Below, in pieces: positions 13,101 to 24,900 of a stretch of 64,000 nt of DNA; the stretch's first letter is position 1, and every line of letters begins with the position of its first letter. Under the pieces are notes generated by a model, which saw only the letters and a list, made by a program, of their open reading frames with translations, was not told where the DNA came from and searched no databases. Both the position numbers and the translations under genes were made by a program. This DNA comes from Convolutriloba macropyga. Lineage: Eukaryota. The DNA is taken from contig NW_027453588.1 in assembly GCF_964194025.1 (NCBI RefSeq), positions 1-64,000 on the forward strand, read 5' to 3'.

Positions 13101-13689
13101 CACGAGTTTTCTGAGTAGTGACTACTAAGAAACCCTGCTACAACATTTCATCAAATTCTAAACCTTAATTGCTATAGAGATGGGAAAAATTTCGTCTATA
13201 TGAATAATACTCACAAAACAATTGTTGAGTTTCTAGGAAGCATGCTCAGTTTCTGAGCGGTTCTTTTCTTCTGGGCTGTTTTTCCTACTTTCTTCCAGTT
13301 CCATGAATTAGTGACTTAAGAGGATATTAGTTACGTCAATCCAGTTTCCAGCTAATTGTTATTTTGTTGCTAATTTTGTTTTTTTAAACAATTTTTTAAC
13401 CATTTACCTGTCAGAAGTGTAAATTCTCAATTAGTGACAATTCAGCTTCAATTCTACCGTTTTGCTGAAACCAAAATGGTTTTGATTAAAAATTCTCATG
13501 ATGTAAAAATCGTCTTAATTAGTTACAACAGAAATTTTTGAATCCCACTCTGGTAGTCAACACTGTTGCTATAAATGGTAAGTGGAAACTGCAGTAGTTG
13601 TTCTTTTTTGATGAATTGAAAGCCGGCAAATCAACCTTAACGAAATGATCTCTGTGTTCGAAAATCTTTAGCATAGCGCTGTATTCATT

Positions 13690-15058
13690 GTGTCGCGACA
13701 AAACATACCAGACAAAACAGTCCCTGATAAAATAGTACGAAACTGCAAAACAGACTTAAATCAAAAATTCCCAGATACAAATTCTCCAAAAAAATTAAAG
13801 ATGGCGACTCAAATAATTGATTAACGAAACAAGTTCTTAAGCTCAACGACAAGAAGTTTTTCAATTGATAATTACATATCAGAGGGCGTCACAATTATTG
13901 GTGTCTTGTCTTGACGTAAATTGTTAACATGTATTCAATTAAACAAACAAAAGGAATCAGGATTGACCATCTTTATATGCTCCGAAAACTTATCAGTATG
14001 ATGTTTTGCGCTGTCTTGCCATTAAAGGTGCCATTACTGCATCTGAAAAATTGAAGTCATTTTGCCCAGAGGATCATAAGCCAACTTGTAACTAAATTGA
14101 AGCCAATTAGATCTGTTGATACAATACTATTGGTCAACTGAAGTAACTGCAATTCCCGATTGAACGTTGGAACTGCTTCAATTCTATCAAAATCAAACAA
14201 AACAACCATTGCCGCCAAAAAATGATTGACAAAATCAAGGAAAAACAAAAAAACTCTCGAGTAATGTTGGAGAAGATAACAGAGTTTTCATCAAGTAGAG
14301 GGGCCAGAAAACGAAAAATACGCAAAAAAATGCTGCAAATTGACAAGACCTGTTAAAAATACCACCATCATAACATGATTGATTTCATGAGAGGCTGCCC
14401 CTATAAAGATAGAATTTAAGACAATTCTAATTTTGTTTTTGTCACACGCTATCTTTTTCACACGCTTTCATTTTATGTTAAAAATTTTTAAATTTTCATT
14501 TTACACAAAAATTGCAGCATATTTACAGGAATATTTTACCAATACCAGCGTCCGAATACTATTGATTTCATGAGTGGCTGCAGTTTTAGCAATAAACCAT
14601 AGGACGTTGTGATTTTTTTATGATATACTGATTTCTGTATTTCAACTCTTTCATTGTACATAAAAAACTCTTAACTTTGGATTCAACGCTAGAAGCGATC
14701 TGTTCACTGCAAAATTTCGATCATCAATTAGATTTTCAATTTACCTTCTCTCACTGCTGTGGCCGGGTTCGCCGTATTTTAACGCTTTTCCTTGTTCTCC
14801 CAACGTTCCGATCTGATTAACTTTCATTTTTTTGTTTTGCAAATCTGCTAAATAAATTTGTTCTGCTCACTCAGACTTTAACAAGCTCCCTCCGAACGTA
14901 AATCGAAGTAACCATTGCGCTAGAGTGATTTTGGTTTTGGGACTTCAAAGCATTATTTTAAGATTAAAGCTGCACTGGGACTGTTTTGTCTGGGAGTAGA
15001 TTATAGTTTAGGACGTTTTGTCGGGGACTCTTTTGCCTGGGACTGTTTTGTCTGCACC
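13690..15058. mobile_element. Degenerate TIR/foldback-like element with subterminal ~15 bp repeats
   Basis: Left end carries GACAAAACAGTCCC-type repeats (13697-13790); right end carries their reverse complement GGGACTGTTTTGTC (14977-15053); no coding capacity. Confidence 0.55.
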
Positions 15059-15692
15059 ATATTCATTTCAATCCAAGGAATGTCCATAATTATCGGCACT
15101 TTTCTTGTCTTAGTCAAGTGAATAAGTTATATTTGAAGTTAATGGTGCTTACCGGAATGCGAATTTCACTTACACTGTCTCTGAAAATATTTAACTGCCA
15201 AAGTTATTACTGGCATAAATTATATTTATTCTAACTCCATCTTTTTTCTCATAATCAAATCCTGTACCGTGAGAGTTGCGTCGGTGTTACTTGTTGACAA
15301 AAAAGCACTGAATTGTTGACTTGTTGCTACAATATCAATGTAATAACTTTTATTTATTTTTGTTTTTTTAATCCCATTTTGTTACCTCATCTAATGCTAC
15401 CTCATTTCATTTAAAAAAACTCTGATTTTCTTTGTCTTCTTCAGCTAAAAAATTTTTGGTTGAACAGGTTAACTCAAATCTAACTTCAGAGTTAAATTTA
15501 ACAATCAAAACCTGTATAACTTTACAAATAATCATAACCTCGAGTTATTAAATGTTTCTTTGACTAGCTATTCAAAGCATTTAACAAATGCTGAACTTTG
15601 CCGACTTCTACGATGTTAAAAGCAAAATTGTAATGCTTCTTGTGTTGTAGTTGAATAGAACCTGTCATTAAGATAGTTAAATCTGATCAAAC

Positions 15693-16413
15693 ATGACTTT
15701 TGATTTCGCTTCGAATGTTTCTTCCCCCAGTGGAAAAATACCCGTTCTTTTCACCCAGCTAACAGATTCTTTGCTCAACTTCCAGCAAGATACGGGTGAT
15801 ATTTTTGGCCTTATTTTTGGAGAAGACCCGGAGTGCTTTGCTGGTCACTTGATCGTAGCCGCGTCTCAATTGATTGAAGATTTAAGCGGCGTCAATCTGG
15901 ACAAATGTGACGAAATTTATAATAAATTGGGGGATAAAGTTACAGATTGGGAGCAGCGATGGTACAATGCAGTTTGCACAATCAGAAATGAATCGGCGAG
16001 GAAAGGATGCAAGATCCTTATTGACATGCTCTCACTGTATCCCATGGATCTCATAGCTATCCTGATTGGGGCGTTTTTAATTTCTTCTACGGTGGATAAA
16101 TTAGTGATGCGTGATTTGCTCAGCCGTGTTGAGCCCTACTATGACGCTAACCACCCGTACAGGTATTGGATCGATAGCCTGCTTGGACTGGCGCTGATGG
16201 AAGCGTTTTCAATCGAACAAGGAGCTAAGATGGCTTCTGATGCTTTTGATATGAAACCTCACCACCCAATGACAATCCACGGCAAATGTCACCAATTGGA
16301 GTACACGGGAAACGCGGATAAAGCGTTGGAACTGATGCAGGACACTGTGGAGTTCTACCAAAACTCGGCGTTAGGATTACATAACACATTTCACCTAGCA
16401 TACTTGAATGCAG
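15693..16413 (+). CDS. TTC38: TTC38-like tetratricopeptide repeat protein, paralog A, exon 1
   Basis: ATG at 15693; motifs YPMD, LGLALME, TIHGKCHQLE, LGLHNTFHLAY resemble the TTC38 family; donor GCAG|GTTTGT, intron 16414-17822. Confidence 0.8.
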
Positions 16414-17822
16414 GTTTGTATAATCGGTCATATATTATCTTGAATGATTTCCAAGAAGATTTTTCCACCGCTACAGAAAATGAAAATTTCTTTTTTTGGC
16501 TTTCATATTTTTTGTATGATTACCAGGAAATCGTATATGATCTTTGTATGAATACTAAGAGATCATACAAATCATATATGACCTAGTATGGTGACTAAGA
16601 ATCAAATAAGACCTAGTATGAAATCAAAGAAAGTTGTATGATGAGTGACCTGGGGTGTTATCGAATCTTTTTCCTTTTATGCACCGCCTCATCTTAGCAG
16701 GTGCACATTATTTGCCACCCCCCATAACATGCTGGGGGGTTGGTGTGCATAACGTATTGGTGAGGGGGCACAAGCGGAAAAGATGCGTGCTATCAGTCCA
16801 TAATTTTTTCCCAACGGTTTCTTCCAACAGCTTTTTTTAGCTTAATGAGTTTTGATTGTATCTTTTTCTTGAGACCAGTTAACGTGATAGGTTGTGTCAA
16901 ATTTTTTTGGTGCTCACATCAAACTCCCGATAAGACGTTGCATTTTTTTCTAAAAGAACTTTTGCGTCCAGGCAATGAGTAAATCGAGATTTTCAAAATT
17001 TTTCACAATAGGTTTTCGTTCCAAGTTGGTTGCATACCTAAATCGAACTTTATCTGTTCTGTTTGTGAACCCCTCCCCCCATGCTATTACACGTGCTCGG
17101 TAAGATCCCCCGTGTCAAGTGAACAGTGCTTCAGATAACTATGGGCAGCAATTGATTAAAACTGGAGTGTTCAGAAAGTATCAACAGAATTAAATTGTAA
17201 CAAAAGAATTGATTAAAAACTTCAAGTTCAAATATACAAAATGCGGTTAAGTTTGTTCAGGCATTTTTCAGTGATTATGCGGCGATGTTTAATGTATGGA
17301 TGGTAAGAAAACTTAGCAATGTAATAAACCATTTTTGAGGTTAATTGTAACATGTGAGTTAAAAAGGATAGTAGAACGAGAACAACGAGTCGATGCCATG
17401 CTTCCTTAGCAATGATCAAGGCAATTGTAATATTTTTTAAGATAATATCTCAAATAAAAGTTGCTCTTCTTTTGCTTCGGGAGAAAATGTAAAGCGAAGG
17501 TCCAGTTGAAGTCCAAAAAAAGGTATAAAAATTTTGATGTGCAGGTTAGGACCACAACGCATAATATTTGACTTAATGGAAAAAAAATAGTAATTCAATA
17601 CACTGTTGTCATAAATTTTTTATAAGAAGTTCTCATTAACCTGAGAAATTTAAGGACCTTAGGATGTTGAAAACTTGAAATATTGCTGGAAAAAGACATT
17701 TGTTTTTAGGTATTCGCAAGTTTTCTTAAGTTGGCGAAAGATCGAAGGCTTCCTTCCGCCCGGAATTAGTTCAAAAGACTCCTGTGTTAATTCGTAGTAC
17801 TAATGAAAATACTTGGTTTTAG

Positions 17823-18442
17823 AGTTTGGAAGGTTCGACGAAGCGCTAGATATAATTGAGACAAAACTAATTGATTCAGTTGATAAGAAGGCTGCACTCA
17901 GCGACACCTGTGGTCTCTTGTGGTCCATCAAAATGGCCAACCATACTGTGAACAAATCTTCTTTCTCAAAACTTGTTGAGAAAATGGGCGATAAAATGAA
18001 CAATCACGGTCCTGCTTTCTTCGACACGCATTTTGCAGCTGCAATGATAGGTGCCGAGGATTATGATGCATTGAAGACTTTCAGGAAATCGGTTGACACT
18101 TTTGTTCACGATTTCAACCATCATGATGTTGTTAAAAAGTATGAAACCTTTGGGTTTTCAGTCATGGACTCATTTGAAGCGTATTCTTATCAAGATTATT
18201 CAACTGCATTTGCAAAGATGTACGACGTCGAGCATGAAATTTTTTCCGCCGGAGGAACGCAAACTCAAAGGGAGATTTTCCAAAAGTTGACATACAGTTC
18301 TATGGAAAAAATGGAAACGGAAGAAATTGATAAATGTCTGTTAGGTATGCTAAATCAGCGAGCAACATACAGAGCACTGCCTCCATCGTCGGAACAAAAA
18401 CGACAACAGTTGAAGAAGAAATTCTGTGCCCAAGGACTCTGA
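17823..18442 (+). CDS. TTC38: TTC38-like paralog A, exon 2 (joined CDS 446 aa)
   Basis: Acceptor GTTTTAG|AG gives G+AG = Glu in frame; motifs FFDTHFAAAMIGA and GGTQTQREIF (cf. TTC38 FND.H and GGS.AQRDVF); stop TGA at 18440-18442. Confidence 0.8.
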
Positions 18443-18987
18443 TTAAGGCTTATAACCTGAACTTTGAAGAAATTATTTTATTCAACCTTAACTTTATATT
18501 ATCAAAAAAACAGTGTAGATAGGAATATCACTTAAAATTCATATTTTTGTCTTAAAAAATTGGATCTTTTCCGTTTTGTGCCACACCAACTTAGTGGGTA
18601 TGCATATTATTTGCACCCCGTAGACGAACGTTCCACATTTTTATACAAAGATTTACTACAAACGAAAAAGATACAAAAAATTATTATATCACGAACTTGT
18701 AATTGCTTGATGAGATCAATTTAATTTCGTGGAAATCAACATTTGCAACAATTGTGAGAATAAAAGCATAATGGCGATGAAGCATGCTGCCTAGTTGTCT
18801 TTTTTGCATGCATACGTATTTAAAAAGCGCAGCTTCGATTGAATTAAACTCTGAAGTTAATTTTTAATTTGTGCTGCAATTCATGTCGTTACTGTGATTA
18901 ACGGAATAATGTTCCCGCATTCTTTCACTCCCCTCCAACTTTCATCATTTCACATCATCCCATTCAAAATTTGTTAAATCTTGTTCC

Positions 18988-21900
18988 AACAAGGCGGCTC
19001 GTTAATGTGCATTCGCACATGATGTTCCGACCCGCGCTCATCTACATTTTTGACCTAACTGTCTTCTGACTTAAATTTTTGACAATGAATGTTACACAAC
19101 CAAACTAATAATTGAATTAAGTATTGCCATGCCTCATTACAACGAGATCTGCCATTAAAAAGACTACGAGAAAAAACAACAACAACAAAAAGGAAAAACA
19201 AATTGCACGGCAAAAACTCAATATCTAAAATTAAAAGCACCTAGTATCAACGTCAAATTACAATCAGACAAAACCCTAACTACACAAATTTAATTTTTCC
19301 TAACTTTGCTTCAAATAGTATTTTTCCTTAATAAGACTAGGTTACAAGTCGACAAACAGAAGAAATAATGAGGCGATAATCAAAAAACAATTAACATTTT
19401 TTTAAACCAAATAATTTCAAAAGTCTTAAAAAACAATAGCTTTTAACGAAATAACTTTTTTTTAATTTACTAAAAAGTCATAATGAAACCAATAGGACCT
19501 GATTTTGGTTAGACTAAGCCATTGGAATGGACTAAAGAAGCAGAAACACTAAAAAAATTACGATCAGCAGTTTACAAACAATCCGAAAACACAAACTATT
19601 GGTGCCATTGAAATCATTAGCTTTTGTCTAAAAGTTTTCCACTTTTATTCCATTTTCTAATTTTACTAACTCAGATAAAATTATATTGAATGAACAGATA
19701 AGTTCAATTGGGCCATATTTGAAAGTCATTTGGATCTGTTATTACGCGATTGTGCTAAAGGAACACAAATACACATAATTTTTTTATCAAAACGCATTTT
19801 GTACAACAAACAAAACACTCTTTGTTTCAGAATATCGGTAAACATGGTAATTTTGAAAAAAAACAAGGCATTGTATGGGACCTCTCAATGATGAGAAAAA
19901 GTCATGTTGACGAAAAGAACCACAAAAACTGAAAAAAATGACAAATCTTTTAAGATCTTAAGTATTTATGATATCATAAACTTCAAAACTATTCGCTATA
20001 AACTAACTGCTTCGGGTAATATAATTTATCGATCTTTAATGAGAATGGTCAACACTTTATGGCTACCTAAAGAATAAAAAACACAGGCAAGAGATCAAAT
20101 TCAAAAAAAAATTGAGCGAGAAATTGTCGAAGCAATTAAGAAATGAATTTTTCAGTAAAAACTTTTCTACTTTCAAACAATTTTTAAGCAGTAATGGAAT
20201 ACTTCTTTTTAACAATTTGACTCCAATAAATCAACAAACATGAACAAAACATTAAAACCACAAAATTTTTGAGAAAACCCGTAAAATCAACGCAATTAAA
20301 ATTAATAGCTTTCAACGGAAGCTAATAATGACGCTGTGTTAAGTCATAAGGAGCCAAAAAAGATATTTCTCATTCATAAATCATCAGAAGGACATTACAA
20401 TAAAAATTGACTAGACTATGAAAACCAACAAAAACAGGCAAAATCCAAAAGTTAAGTAGAAAAGTGCGAGAAGAAAGTGTCGAAGCCGTTCAAAGCATAA
20501 ACTTTTCTTTGAAACTTTTATGTATGATCCCTCTAACGTCTTTTCTAAGCCAATGCAACAACCAGAAACAAGATATTGTGTTGAAATTCCAAAGGGAACC
20601 AAAATTATGAGAAAAATTATCTAAAAGCTTAAAAAAAAACTAAAAATTCGTGCATCGAAGTCATAACACCAATAGTTAGCAGATAAAACCGCTAAATAGA
20701 TTAGTTTTAGTTGACCTAGAAAATAAAGGGGTTTGATCATTACTGAGACTGACTTACCGTTCACGAAAATAAGTTTAGGACTGGTTAATGTTAAAAAAAT
20801 TTCCCGAAAAATCATTAAAATGAAAGTCTAAACAGACATTAAATTCAATAGCTTTGAACGAAATTTAATAAATACGCTCAGTTATACCTCAATTGGAGGA
20901 CAAAGATATTTTTCGTGCATAGGTTATCAATAAGACATCACAATAAGTCTGATTGCTATGGAAGCGACAACAAATACAGGCTAAAACCAAAATTTCAATA
21001 GAAAAGTGCGAGAAGAAAGTGTCGAAGCCATTTAAACCATAAGCATTTCTCTGAAAACTTTAACCATGATCCATTGAACAATTTCTCTCAGCCACTGGGA
21101 GATATCAGTATCAGGATAATGTAGTATAATTTCAAGAGGGACCAATAATCAGAAAATATCGAAACTTTTTTTTTAATTTTGAAATCTTGTGGCATTGAAG
21201 TCATATAACGAATAGTTATTTTTTTAATTTTGAAATCTTGTGGCATTGAAGTCATATAACGAATAGTTAGAAAATAGAGCCACTAACTAGATTAATTTTG
21301 GTTGCAGTAGAAAGGAAGGGGGTCCTTTCATTACTGAAATTGACATACAGTTCGCGAAAAGAAGTTTAGGACTGGTTAACGTTAAAAAAATTTCCCGAAA
21401 AATCATTAAAATGAAAGTCTTAAGAGACGTTAAAATTAATAGCTTTGAACGAAATTTAATAAATACGCTCAGTTATGCCTCAATTGGAGGAGAAGAATAT
21501 TTTTCGTGCATAGGTAATCAATAAGACATCACAATAAGTCTTATTGCTATGGAAGCAACAACAAATACAGGCAAAAACCAAAATTTCAATAGAAAAGTGC
21601 GAGAAGAAAGTGTCGAAGCCATTTAAAACATACGCTTTCCTCTGTAAAAATCAACCACGATCCAATTGACGACTTTTCTAAGCCAATGAGAGGTATCAGT
21701 ATCAGGATAATGTGAAAGGAGTTCAAGAGGAAACAAAAATACAGAATGTCCATTTTTTTTCTAAATTGTGAACTCTTGTGGCATTGAAGCCATATAACTA
21801 ATACTTAGAAGAAGGAACCGCTAATCAGGTTAATTTTTGCTTCAGTAGAAAGGTAGGAGGTCTTGTCACTACTGAGACTTGCTTACAGCTCACGAAAATG

Positions 21901-24900
21901 AGTTTAGGATCGGTTAATGTTAAAAAAAATTTCTCGAAATATTTTTTTAAAGTCCTAACAGCCATTAAAATCAATAGCTTTGAACAGAAGTCCATTAATA
22001 TGTTCAGTTATGCCTCGATTGGATGCAAAGGATAATTGCCGTGCATAGTTAATCAATAAGACAATACAATAGGTCTTATGACTATGGAAACAACAGCAAA
22101 CACAGGCAAAAACCAAAAATTCAATAGAAAAGTGCGAGAAGAAAGTGTCGAAGCCATTAAAAACATAAGCATTTCTCTGAAAACTTTAACCATGATCCAT
22201 TGAACAATTTCTCTAAGCCACTGGGAGATATCAGTATCAGGATAATGTAAAATAATTTCAAGAGGGACCAATTATAAGAAAATATCAAAACTTTTTTTTC
22301 TTAATTTTGAAATCTTGTGGCATTGAAGACATATAACGAATAGTTAGAAAATAGAGCAACTAACCAGATTAATTTTGGTTGCAGTAGAAAGCAAGGGGGT
22401 CCTTTCATTACTATTATTGACATACAGTTCACGAAAAGAAGTTAAGGACTGGTTAATGTTAAAAAAATTTCCCGAAAAATCATTAAAATGAAAGTTTTAA
22501 GAGACATTAAAATTAATAGCTTTGAACGAAAAATAATAAATACGCTCAGTTATGCCTCAATTGAAGGACAAAGATATTTTTCTTGCATAAGTAATCAATA
22601 AGACATCACAATAAGTCTTATTGCTATGGAAGCAACAACAAATACAGACAAAAACCAAAATTTCAATAGAAAAGTGCGAGAAGAAAGTGTCGAAGCCAGT
22701 TAAAACATACGCTTTTCTCTGAAAAAATCAACCACGATCCATTTGACGTCTTTGCTAAGCCAATGAGAGGTATCAGTATCAGGATAATGTGAAAAGAGTT
22801 CAAGAGGAAACAATAATATAGAATATCCATTTTTTTTTAAAATTATGTACTCTTGTTGCTTTGAAGCCATATATCTAATAATTAGAAGAAGGAACCGCTA
22901 ATCAGGTTAATTTTTGCTTCAGTAGAAAGGTAGGAGATGCTGTCACTACTGAGACTGACTTACAGCTCACGATAATGAGTTTAGGATCGGTTAATGTTAA
23001 AAAAAATTTCTCGAAATATTTTTTTAAAGTCCTAACAGCCATTAAAATCAATAGCTTTGAACAGAAGTCCATTAATATGTTCAGTTGTGCCTCGGTTGGA
23101 GGCAAAAGATAATTGCCGTGCATAGTTAATCAATAAGACAATACAATAGGTCTTATGACTATGGAAACAACAGCAAACACAGGCAAAAACCAAAAATTCA
23201 ATAGAAAAGTGCGAGAAGAAAGTGTCGAAGCCATTAAAAACATACGCTTTCCTCTGTAAAAATCAACCACGATCCAATTGACGACTTTTCTAAGCCAATG
23301 AGAGTATCAGTATCAGGATAATGTGAAAGGAGTTCAAGAGGAAACAAAAATACAGAATGTCCATTTTTTTTCTAAATTGTGAACTCTTGTGGCATTGAAG
23401 CCATATAACTAATACTTAGAAGAAGGAACCGCTAATTAGGTTAATTTTTGCTTCAGTAGAAAGGTAGGAGGTCTTGTCACTACTGAGACTTGCTTACAGC
23501 TCACGATAATGAGTTTAGGATCGGTTAATGTTAAAAAAAATTTCTCGAAAAATTTTTTTAAAGTCCAAACAGCCATTAAAATTAATGGCTTTGAACGAAA
23601 TTTAATAAATACGCTCAGTTATGCCTCAATTGGAGGAGAAGAATATTTTTCGTGCATAGGTAATCAATAAGACATCACAATAAGTCTTATTGCTATGGAA
23701 GCAACAACAAATACAGGCAAAAACCAAAATTTCAATAGAAAAGTGCGAGAAGAAAGTGTCGAAGCCATTTAAAACATACGCTTTCCTCTGTAAAAATCAA
23801 CCACGATCCAATTGACGACTTTGCTAAGCCAATGAGAGGTATCAGTATCAGGATAATGTGAAAGGAGTTCAAGAGGAAACAAAAATACAGAATGTCCATT
23901 TTTTTTCTAAATTGTGAACTCTTGTGGCATTGAAGCCATATAACTAATACTTAGAAGAAGGAACCGCTAATTAGGTTAATTTTTGCTTCAGTAGAAAGGT
24001 AGGAGGTCTTGTCACTACTGAGACTTGCTTACAGCTCACGAAAATGAGTTTAGGATCGGTTAATGTTAAAAAAAATTTCTCGAAATATTTTTTTAAAGTC
24101 CTAACAGCCATTAAAATCAATAGCTTTGAACAGAAGTCCATTAATATGTTCAGTTGTGCCTCGGTTGGAGACAAAAGATAATTGCCGTGCATAGTTAATC
24201 AATAAGACAATACAATAGGTCTTATGACTATGGAAACAACAGCAAACACAGGCAAAATCCAAAATTTCAATAGAAAAGTGCGAGAAGAAAGTGTCGAAGC
24301 CATTTAAACCATAAGCATTTCTCTGAAAACTTTAACCATGATCCATTGAACAATTTCTCTCAGCCACTGGGAGATATCAGTATCAGGATAATGTAGTATA
24401 ATTTCAAGAGGGACCAATAATCAGAAAATATCGAAACTTTTTTTTTAATTTTGAAATCTTGTGGCATTGAAGTCATATAACGAATAGTTATTTTTTTAAT
24501 TTTGAAATCTTGTGGCATTGAAGTCATATAACGAATAGTTAGAAAATAGAGCCACTAACTAGATTAATTTTGGTTGCAGTAGAAAGGAAGGGGGTCCTTT
24601 CATTACTATTATTGACATACAGTTCACGAAAAGAAGTTAAGGACTGGTTAATGTTAAAAAAATTTCCCGAAAAATCATTAAAATGAAAGTTTTAAGAGAC
24701 ATTAAAATTAATAGCTTTCAACGAAAAATAATAAATACGCTCAGTTATGCCTCAATTGAAGGACAAAGATATTTTTCTTGCATAAGTAATCAATAAGACA
24801 TCACAATAAGTCTTATTGCTATGGAAGCAACAACAAATACAGACAAAAACCAAAAATTCAATAGAAAAGTGCGAGAAAAAAGTGTCGAAGCCATTTAAAC

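Noticed and set aside
16414-16586. C-terminal part of the 297 aa ORF (and 41897-42087 of the 303 aa ORF; 42738-42945 of the 278 aa ORF)
   Set aside because: Intron read-through; paralog similarity stops exactly at the GT donor / AG acceptor, and the IYIYIY run is a TA microsatellite
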